Shown here in pieces: positions 54,788 through 64,000 of a stretch of DNA of 64,000 nucleotides (positions are counted from its first letter, which is position 1; every line of letters begins with the position of its first letter). Source of the DNA: Eukaryota sp. TZLM1-RC (lineage: Eukaryota; Protista; Metamonada: BaSk clade); contig JAUPSS010000008.1 in the NCBI GenBank assembly GCA_040285825.1, positions 558,001 to 622,000 of the forward strand, in the 5' to 3' direction. The notes beneath the pieces are model-generated. The model searched no databases and was not told the origin of the DNA. It was given only the letters and a program-made list of their open reading frames with translations. Both the position numbers and the translations under genes were made by a program.

Positions 54788-55945
54788 TTATATCTTCAAA
54801 CAACCAACTGGCTTGTTTTCTTCCTCTCCCTTTATTCTACTCAAAACATAAGTCATTGCAGGCCCTGTTCTAATCTTTAAAAATGCTTCATCTTCACCAA
54901 AAGAGAACTTTCGGACTTGTTCAGGGAATTTCCTACTAACTTCCAAAACTTCATTTTCATCAGTAATTACCAGGAAACTGTTAGCCATGGCAGAGATCAT
55001 AACTGCTGAGTACTGATTAACCGAGTCCTCGCCAATGACGGTATCAGGTTCTAACAACTGCTCTGAACACAATTCTTTGTCCCAATGCCAACACCTGACA
55101 GAACCACAGTCTAGCAGCACTGCCCCGCAGTACCAGCTAATAGAAACAGCAGCAACACGGACCTTGTCGAAAACTTCCAAGTGAGAGGGGGTAGCAATAG
55201 AGTCAGTGATACCAGGAAGTTGGGATTTGTGATTGGAACCAAACCCAAAGACCCTCCCAAAGGTGGTTGCAAGTAAAGAGGTTGATTCACCACAAGCAAT
55301 GTGGGTAATGTGTTCACCATCTTCCAAGGTTAAAGGAACAATGCTTGGTTTGGGATAAATTCCAAGTGAGGTCATGCCACATTGACCATGTTTATTATCC
55401 CCAAAACAGATTAGTTCACCTGAAGAAGTTAAAACGAGTGTGTAATCTCCACCACAAGCAACCATCGTGGCTTTTCTTGGTCCAATATTGATTTTGGTGG
55501 GTAGAGAGAATGGGGAACATGAACCAACTCCACATTGACCCTTAGTGTTCATGCCAAAAGTCCATACGTTTCCATCAGTTGAGACACAAGCACTGTGAAA
55601 GAGTCCGCAGGCAACATCCTTGATAGGCTCAGAGATGGGAAGTTTTTGCGGGGAGGAGGCAAAGTTGATGTTCTCTATGCCGAGCTGGGTGTTATCGTTT
55701 CTACCATATGCATAGACATTACCGGATGAAGAGAGGAAAAGGACAAAATCTAGAGAACAAGAAATGTCTGAAACTGATATGTACTGAGAATCTAAATGTT
55801 TTACAAGTTCGGGAACCTCACGTTTGCGACCAGAAACTCCAGTGCCATAAATGTAGACACGTTCGGCACGTACTGCATCATGACTGGAGCGTGTGCGAGA
55901 AAGCGACTCTGACCTGTCTGCTGGTAGCGAGAAATTTTGTCCCAT
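54788..55945 (-). CDS. RCC1-repeat protein with a putative N-myristoylation motif
   Basis: First ATG gives MGQNFS; repeats GNVYAYGRNDNTQLG, VACGLFHS, VWTFGMNTKGQCG, VACGGDYT. Confidence 0.9.
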   Translation of the reverse strand: MGQNFSLPADRSESLSRTRSSHDAVRAERVYIYGTGVSGRKREVPELVKHLDSQYISVSDISCSLDFVLFLSSSGNVYAYGRNDNTQLGIENINFASSPQKLPISEPIKDVACGLFHSACVSTDGNVWTFGMNTKGQCGVGSCSPFSLPTKINIGPRKATMVACGGDYTLVLTSSGELICFGDNKHGQCGMTSLGIYPKPSIVPLTLEDGEHITHIACGESTSLLATTFGRVFGFGSNHKSQLPGITDSIATPSHLEVFDKVRVAAVSISWYCGAVLLDCGSVRCWHWDKELCSEQLLEPDTVIGEDSVNQYSAVMISAMANSFLVITDENEVLEVSRKFPEQVRKFSFGEDEAFLKIRTGPAMTYVLSRIKGEEENKPVGCLKI

Positions 55946-56049
55946 AAAGATAGGTAGGGTTGGGTTGAAATCAAACTGGGAATTTCCCACCAAATCGATA
56001 TTGAATCGATATCGCCACAACAATGATGTAAACTTCTCAGTACCAAGGG

Positions 56050-56790
56050 TTAGTATACACTAAACACCTTGGAAATACGTTGATGAAAACAGCTACTGCT
56101 GTCTCTTTAATAAAACTAGTTAGTCTCTTTTGTCTTCTTATGAAAAAATCAAACTTATTTCTTTTAAGTTTTTTTTCTTGCACCACGCTGCAAGTTTCTA
56201 CACATAATTGAAGAATATTCAGGCTCTTTATCAGATTCAGAAACATAAGGTAAACTTATTTCAATCAGATACTCTTGAAAGCTCTGAGCGGAATAAGTAT
56301 TAGGATTTGCTTGAGTGAGAGGAGGAGGGTGATTTGATTTTCGCTCTTTTGGGTTTAGCAGCAGGCCAGAACCCTCAAACACAGGTGCAGAATTTCGGAA
56401 AGAACCAGCAGTCCAACCACAAAGATTGCTGTGGTTGGGATCAATGGCTACAAAAAACAAATTTTCATCAGGATCACTGTAATTGGGCTGTTCATTCGTG
56501 GTCTTCGCTGTGTATTTGCTTTTTTATGGACATTACAATTTCTTTTCCTTTCAGAGTTATGGAAATCATAATTTCCAGAGACGCGTTTCGACTCAAGTTA
56601 CGCTTTAGTTGGCCGACTATATGTTTTCCATGCCTTATGGGTGAACAAAAACCGCAAATATTTACCATCTGAACATATGGTAAAGTTCATAAATTGAGAT
56701 TTATAAAAAAACCGATAAGAGTTGTTCACAAACTTTTTGGTTTCATTTAGCTTTGTGAAATAAGCTATGGCTTTTTTATCCAAACTACAG
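56050..56790 (-). pseudogene. Fanzor relic (TDG motif, RuvC-I, bridge helix; C-terminus missing)
   Basis: FTICSDGKYLRFLF; LFFVAIDPNHSNL; SFQEYL; NKFDFFIRRQKR, in the same order as in the other Fanzors. Confidence 0.7.
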
Positions 56791-57029
56791 AGGCATCAAG
56801 ACCAACTGGGCAACGGCGAGAGAAAGTGTTTTTTCATAACATCAGGGCAGTTATCTTCTAGAAAGGATAAAAATTTTATCATAAATTATTCAGTCCTGAT
56901 TGAAAAAATTGTGGCCACAGGTTCCATATGTAAAATCAATCAGTCTTATAGTTGTCAATTCAAAGTAAAGTTAGTTTCAAACGTTTATTAATGATACATA
57001 TCGCTCAAGGTTACATCTTGAATGTTTTC

Positions 57030-57620
57030 CTTTCATCAAATAAGACAGTTGTTTTAGACAGTTTAGTTGTTTTCGAATATCATTTGCATCATACTCAGAA
57101 AAACTGATGGGATATTTTTCAAGTTGAAGGGAGATCTAAGAAATGAAATCTAAGATCGAAGATAATGAATGCATCGTCCGGGGACCGACAATGTAGTATT
57201 GACATTTTCCTCTGCTAATGGAAATTGATACTACGCTTATGGAAGATATGAAATTGCGATGAAGTTTGCTGCTTCGATCTTGCGAAAAATTTCATGAGAT
57301 TTAGGGAGGTCGATGGACTCGGATCTTGTTTTTCCATTGAACTTTGTGTAGTTTACACAAAGTCTGGGGTTTTAGTACAGTATTTAATCAAAACAGCTGG
57401 AGCAGAGAATTGTTTGTTAAACGATGAAGAAGTATAGCGAGCAACACCCCTCTCAACTAGGTCGTCCATAATGTTTTGAGCAATTTTGAGTTTCTTTAAA
57501 GGAGAAATTTTCGCAGAAGTAGTGCTTGAGAGTAGTGGAAATTTTGCAGGCTTTTGGCGACTCTCTGCATGAAGTGCTCTTCCGGTAAATCTAGTAGCGA
57601 GCAACGTTTTTTCAATAGCA
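57030..57620 (-). mobile_element. Decayed Ty3/gypsy reverse transcriptase fragment
   Basis: DDLVERGVAR..S..FSAPAVLI, KVNGKT..DLPK..EIF, YQFPL, PFNLKNIPSVF..MM. Confidence 0.8.
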
Positions 57621-58237
57621 GGAATCGTGAAGCCTAACTGGCTAGGTGTTCGCGGGTTACCATAACGCCAGCTTTTTCAGTAATAGAAAACATTTTGAGA
57701 ATTCTGTGAGCATCCTCTTACCCTTCTGAATTTAGTCCTCTTAAGTAGGAGGTTCAACAAGGCTCTCTGTGATTTAAAAGACCTCTTGTGGAACTTATAG
57801 ATAGTTCAGGACTTCTTTTGAGAGATAACGAGCGATGTTGGGATCTATTGGGTAGATTTCGTCAGTATCCTTAAAGATGAGGAATTCAACCAATTTTGGT
57901 TATCCGCAAACAACACGGTACTTTTTTCCATTGAACCTTGACACTGGATGTGTAATTGGCTTAACCAAGTGTGATAAAATCAATAATCTTACTTGCTTCA
58001 TCTTGTAGTCAGTGGTTAGTAAGGTTTAAGAAAATGTATTGTGTGGGGGCTACTGTTTCCACATGAAGGGATAGTTGTAGGAAGGGATTGTCAGAATGTT
58101 TTATCTCAGACTACTTCAACCGACAGCTCCTTTTGCAATTAATATTAAGGATGACGTGTTGTTCTTTGCAATTTTGACCTTCATAGATCTTGATTTTGAG
58201 AGATGAAAATATAAATCCATGCCATAAATCTGTGAAT

Positions 58238-59494
58238 ATGAGCTACATCCCAGCCGTCAATACTGGACTCAGTTTAGGTCTCATTATTGTCATCGGGTAT
58301 GTTCTCGGTGCTACCAAGCGTATTAAGTCTCACTTTTATACAGGACTAAACCAATACGTTTTCAATTTGGCTCTCCCATCCGCAGTATGTATGCAGATAT
58401 GGGGCGCTTCTTTGGATCAATGGGGTGACATGGTTTGGCGATTCATCAATGTTTGGATTGTGTTTCGATTAACTATGTTGACTCTGTCATCTATTTTTGC
58501 TCGCTTCAAGAAACAGCATCTCGGAAATGTTTGTGTACATTGGTTGGGTACTACATGGGCCAGTACAATCTTAATCGGTGGTCCTTTTTTGAAAGCCTTG
58601 TATGGTCAGCCCCAGTGGGGACTGTTTGCCGCCGTGTCTTCCTGGATCTGTCAATTGCCTCCCATGCTCATTATGTTCGAATTGTACAAAGTTCAACGTG
58701 ATTACTCCATCGAAGTTGATGAGAAGAAAAAACTCGAAAAAGAAAAGGTAGTCGAAACCAAGAGTGACTCTGAAGAAGAAACCAAGGAAATCGAAAATAC
58801 TAACGACAATGATGACAACAATGATGGGGTGCAACCAGAAGTCTCCTCTCAATCCAATGAAGAAGGTTCTCCAGAAAAAGAAGTATCTATTGAAGTTGCC
58901 GATGAAGCCACTTCATTACTCCCAGAGTTTATTCCATTCAAGGTAGCTCTTCGTAAGGTCTCTTACAAAAAGATTTTATTCAAAATTCTCACCAACCCTG
59001 TAATTATTGCTTTAGTTTTGGGATGGTCTCTCAACCTGTTGAATATTGACAGACCCGGCATTAACGATCAGGGATCAGATGACACTGATCCCTTGTTTTG
59101 GATTATGCAGTTTCTCCAGACGGTTGGACCAACTGCTACTCCTGTTGCCATGTTTGCTATCGGTATGTTCGCTGCTTCTAAAGGAAGTGTCAAAAAGATT
59201 GTAAGTTGCGGCTGGAAGAAACTTGCCATCTATCTCTGTATCAAGATGCTTGTTACTCCTTTCATCATCATGCCTGTTGTTGCTCTTTTTGGTTTGACCG
59301 GTGTTCCTGCAAGGGCCGCTGTACATGTCGTCGCTACTCCTATTTCTATGGCCTCATTTGCCTTGACTACCCAATATGGAATCGGCAATGATCTCATGTC
59401 TGCAATGATTACTTTTGGCGCAATCATCATCATGCCTGTGATTGTGTTTTTTGAATTCTTCATGGATACTTTCAACATTTTTACTTTACCTTAA
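58238..59494 (+). CDS. Auxin efflux carrier (AEC/PIN-like) family transporter
   Basis: LNQYVFNLALP, acidic central loop, ILTNPVIIA, ATPVAMFAIG, IKMLVTP. Confidence 0.88.
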   Translation: MSYIPAVNTGLSLGLIIVIGYVLGATKRIKSHFYTGLNQYVFNLALPSAVCMQIWGASLDQWGDMVWRFINVWIVFRLTMLTLSSIFARFKKQHLGNVCVHWLGTTWASTILIGGPFLKALYGQPQWGLFAAVSSWICQLPPMLIMFELYKVQRDYSIEVDEKKKLEKEKVVETKSDSEEETKEIENTNDNDDNNDGVQPEVSSQSNEEGSPEKEVSIEVADEATSLLPEFIPFKVALRKVSYKKILFKILTNPVIIALVLGWSLNLLNIDRPGINDQGSDDTDPLFWIMQFLQTVGPTATPVAMFAIGMFAASKGSVKKIVSCGWKKLAIYLCIKMLVTPFIIMPVVALFGLTGVPARAAVHVVATPISMASFALTTQYGIGNDLMSAMITFGAIIIMPVIVFFEFFMDTFNIFTLP

Positions 59495-59574
59495 TGTATT
59501 TGTATTTTTTATTATATAATGAGATTATTGACTTAAAATAAAACTTTGAGTTTCAGTTATTGCTTTGTCTTAGA

Positions 59575-59900
59575 GCAGAGGATTTTGGTTCAAAAGAAGG
59601 AAACTTAATAATGTAGAATGTCCGAAATTTAAAGCGAATGAAAAACATAGAAAATATGACAAAGATACCGAAGAAGCTAATTCTGATAGAAACAGATCAC
59701 TTGTTTTTATTGCTTTTTATTTTCTATAAACGGAAGACTATCGGCAGAAGGAGGAACTTTTTTGAATGATTTCCAAAAATAGGTTCAAGAAAAACAAAGA
59801 GATTATGATGTCTTTTGTGGCGGTCGCGAATTCAAATTGCTATACTTAATGGATTACCTCCGTTTTTTATCGGATAAGACAAGCAATGGCGAGAAAACAA
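59575..59900 (+). mobile_element. Decayed RLE non-LTR 3' fragment
   Basis: Similar to 19580-19900. Confidence 0.75.
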
Positions 59901-60339
59901 ACAAGAAAAAATTTGGGTAGATATGCTAAAAATAGTTGACTTCTTTAGTTACCAATTCTGTTGAATGGTTCCCGGTATAGCTCCACAACTTTGGTTCAGC
60001 TAAAAGTTAAGCAAAACCTTATGTCAATTTGACCATTATCTCATAAACCGATTCCCGATTTTGAGATTTTCAAAGAAAATTACTGAAAATAACGGTATTT
60101 CATTCCTCCAAGGATCAAATTCGTTGAGTTCTTTTTAATCCTCAAAAAACCCAATTCTACTCTTTCATCTGAGTTATATATCTTGTATTTAGTTGAACCA
60201 GTAACAGAAGATTTTGTTTATGTTGATCGTATTATGGGCTCAACAGTATTCTAGTTTTCCCTATTTTTGGAACAAAAAGGAATTTGAGTAGTATAAGGAA
60301 AATCTGGAATTTGAGGAATTATAAATATTCAAAAGCATT

Positions 60340-62310
60340 CTTCATACAGTCCAATCAAACGTTTTTGTCAGGTTCACAGAGTATATATAAAATGCGTTTT
60401 AATAATAACAGAACAAAATTTTTCCTACTAACAATCAACAAAAAAAACTGAGCTTTCATCACTTTCAAGTCACCGCCTATTGTGTTTACGTTATTCTAGT
60501 CCCCCAAACGTCCAAACATGAGATTATCTTACTGAAAACATGCGGTATGAGCTTTTGAGTGGCTGAAATCCTGAATTCTTTACAAGTGGTTTTCATTTTA
60601 GACTTTGGAAAGAGTAAACTTTTCATCAATGGAATAAAGCCATAAGCAACTATTCCCCCTGCAGATCCTTCAAATACAATGTTTCATAATTAACTATATT
60701 GGACAATCACAACTCAAGGCTCTGGCATTTCATTTTTTAATATATGTCCACTAAATATATACTAAAGATGTCTAATAACTAAATCTGTGAGATGTTACCT
60801 CAAATATCAAGACTGTTTTTCTTTTTATTTCATCTGTTTCTCTTGTGATAAGAACAACATCAAATCCCAACTCAGTTGCAAAAAGAGTGGAAAATTTACT
60901 TATTCATTGGTTTAATAAATTAAAATACTGTATACATCAGAATAATTAAACGAATGAAGTAGGAGGTTAACAAAAAAGTTTCAAATTGGATCACCACAAA
61001 AAGGTAAATTCCTACTATTCTTTTCTGGTTCATTTTTCGGAATATTGATCACATTTTTTCATCAATTGTTAAAATTTCTTTATTTAGTGCAGTAATAGAT
61101 GACCTTTAGGTAGTCATTGGCAAATCTTCTTAGGCTAAAAAATGTTTCAGAAAACTTATAATTGACATATCTGCATTCACCATAGAAAGCAAACCAAACA
61201 AAAATTGAGGCTATGGTCCAGTTCAAACCACCATAGTGTGGACTAACTTAAGCATGATTAGGGATCTGCTACATTCTACACCCTGACAGTTGAGGCAAAA
61301 CTTCAGCACGTATCATCTAAGCCCCATGATTTAGAGATAAAAAGCATAATAGATTGGAATTTATGATCAAATACTTAACTTATTAATTTTTATTCAACAA
61401 CAAATATGAAATACACAATTAAAACTCCACATCCTCAAAACCTGCCTCCCCTACATCAAAACAATTAATCGCTAAAGATTCAGAAAATTTCCCAAAAGAA
61501 GATAGTGAATCAGAAATTGGTGTTACCATTCCCTTAAAAATAGAAAATACAATCCTGTTTTGCCAGTAAACACGATTGAAAATTCTTCCAGTTCTTTCCT
61601 TTACAACTACAACAAAATCCTCAAGGAAAGCCATAGCAGCCTTACCTAGAGATCCAAGCAAAGAAAAAACAAATGGACATAAATTATATTGGGCATGAGA
61701 ATTTTCATTAACCGAGGAAATGGGTTTCGCATATTTAGCAATTTTATATTTTTCGCCTGCAAGAAGAGGATTATTTACATCCGAGTTAATGAAATGTTCG
61801 TTAGAGGAATTACAAGGGTCAATAGACATGGCGTCCAAAATAGTAAAACTACCATTTAAACCAGGAACAACTAGATCACCTCTAGTCAGACCCATAGAAG
61901 CTCTGTTGTAACGCGTACTATCAATATTGGGATCATCAAGAATTAATTTTGATAACAGCGGTTCTAAAAAGGAATCTACACGATATGATTTGCACATTAC
62001 ATAAATTTGGTCCCTGACGTTATTATGCACTTTGCTTCTAAACGTAATGAAATGTTTACAGTTCAAAAGATGAGTAACTTATTAATTGAGATATAAACAC
62101 AAGATTTGGATTGGTGGGGACTGTTTTCATAGAAAATTGCTCAAAAAACTAGCGAAAGCAAAATTATCATTTTTGGCCGAGGCAAGACGGTCATTAAAAT
62201 CCTAGCCTTCAACAATACCTCAAATTTACTAGTGTTCTAGGTGGTATCTCCTGCACATTTTCTGGAAACATTTACACCAAATGTGAAGGACCAAACAGTC
62301 AAGAGCATTT
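60340..62310 (-). mobile_element. Stack of minus-strand RLE non-LTR fragments, including the ...GFEDVEF* copy (61419..62066)
   Basis: NCKHFITFRSKVHN, EPLL, RGDL, LDAMSIDP, EKYKIAKY; PDHA..SP.YGGL at about 61230-61270. Confidence 0.85.
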
Positions 62311-62319
62311 TAACGGATG

Positions 62320-64000
62320 CTTTTCGTTTCCTAGGATGCTGGCTTGGAAATGTTCCAAAAATTACTGAAGAATTGAATAATTTTTAATGAAATTGGGTTC
62401 TAAACTTGACACAATTTCGTCAATTGAAGTTGGGAAACATATTAAGTTTTTTATCTTAAAAATTCGCTACTCCCGTAAAATTACTCACATTTTAAGAACA
62501 ACATCTCCTGATATTTCACGTGAGTTTTGCCGCTCATTTAACTTTTTGAAAACAAAATTTTTTGCATCTTTACTTGATGTCAATTCTGAACTAATTCGAA
62601 GGAAGTCATGTATTTTCATCATCTAATTTTGGTGGAATTAATTTCACTTAATCGTCTTTTCTCTGTCAGGCTGCTTTTCTTGGTGGGGGCAAAAATTTTG
62701 TTTTTGAATTTTGCAACCGTTTTCCCAATGATGTTAATTTATTGAATTTTTCAAGCAATAAATTTCTTAGAGACCTACAAAATGCTCTTGATTGTTTGCC
62801 CTCTAAAATTTGGAGAAAATGTTTTCCCGACAACGTACAGGAAATACCATCTAGAACAGTAGTTGATTTGAGGTATTGTGTTAAAAAATTGCAACAAAAG
62901 TTAACAATAATATTTGAAGGCACTTTGCTTTGCTGAAAAGAGCAAAATCAAAAAATACAATGAACCCTTATCTCAGCGAGGACGTGTTTAGCATGTCAAG
63001 TATCAGTTGGTTCCATTTGCTGTTTCTCTTTTTGGTAACATTGGATTATCTGGCATTAAATTTCTTGAAGGTTTCAGAAGTTTAATAAAAGAAAGAGCAG
63101 GAAAAGAATTGAACTTCAATTTCTGGCACAATAGAATTGTTTTTAGTATTCTTAAAGCAATTCCAGAAATGTTGACCAAAGCACTGTGACAATTAGGATT
63201 AGAGTATGAAAATCGCGCGCTTAAAAGATTTGATGATGTTGATCCATATATTGAGGATATTGAGTTCTAGTTTTTTTTGTTTAATGTTATGTTAGCGTTC
63301 AAAATAAATTTCAAATTAAATAAAAATATTTGAAGGCTTAAATTTTAATGTTCGTCTTGGCTCGGTCAAAAAAGATAATCCCGCTTTCTCAAATTTTTTG
63401 TTTGAATCCCAAAACAGTTCCTCTTCGTGTTTAGTTACTCAGAGTCCTCAAATTTATGGTCTTCTTTTAAATGATACCGAATTTTCTTGTACAATGCGCC
63501 TTCGTTGTTTATTTGGCCTGATAACGTGTCTCATAATTTGATTTGTAAATGTGGATCAAAAGTTTCTCCAAATCATTTATTCAATTGTAAACATTTTATT
63601 ACTTTCCGATCAAAAGTTCATGATGCAATAAGAGATCAACTCTGTTGTATGTCAAAATCACATAGAATTGTTTCCTATTTAGAACCATTACTTTCCCGTT
63701 TGGTTGATGAAGATACTTTGAATTCGTTTGGTCGAATCAGAGGTGATTTAATGCTTGAAGGTCTTGAAGGTACAACCATTATTACAGATGTGAGATCCAC
63801 TGATGTATGTAATGATTCTTTTATTCCAATTGTTCAATCAAAATAAAGGGACCCCTTAAATGTTTCCGAAAAAACCAAAATTGACAAATATAAAGCAAAA
63901 TTATTATCCTTGAATGCAGAATCGTATACTCATTATGTCCTCTGTCCATTTGCAGTTTCCCTTCATGGCACGCTTGGACCTCTTGCTTTATCTTTTCTGG
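62320..64000 (+). mobile_element. Stack of plus-strand RLE non-LTR fragments (about three pieces)
   Basis: FLGCWLG..KHIKFFILK; VPFAVSLFGNIG..IEDIEF*; CKCGSKVSPNHLFNC..RGDL..TDVRSTD. Confidence 0.88.

Noticed and set aside
549-59478. Many short antisense or alternate-frame ORFs overlapping the main genes
   Set aside because: Shadow ORFs without motifs, many starting at non-ATG codons

Overview
AT-rich eukaryotic DNA from a compact protist-like genome; no introns are evident in the recognisable genes. About 18 host genes (ZNF277-like, SPFH/prohibitin, PIG-W, DHHC, GPI8, IMP3, TVP38, GtrA, HDDC2, a 2386-aa GT2 synthase, RING-ARM, DEK x2, RCC1, AEC transporter, several hypotheticals) sit among decayed mobile elements: many 5'-truncated RLE-type non-LTR retrotransposons, a short-LTR element plus a solo LTR, and a Ty3/gypsy RT relic. 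The main finding is a set of about 8 Fanzor (eukaryotic TnpB-family RNA-guided nuclease) relics, several missed or fragmented by the ORF track. Most lie directly upstream of a co-oriented host gene. Their conserved right end (putative omegaRNA) runs into the host ATG, which falls in the 3' arm of a predicted terminal hairpin in two distinct end families. The longest copy (27767-33168) reconstructs as one ORF: unknown domain, LSGG, Ulp1/DEN1-like protease, PolB-type DEDDy exonuclease, Fanzor. There is also a ~2.75-kb inverted duplication and a direct DEK duplication. All assignments come from manual motif reading, without database searches.
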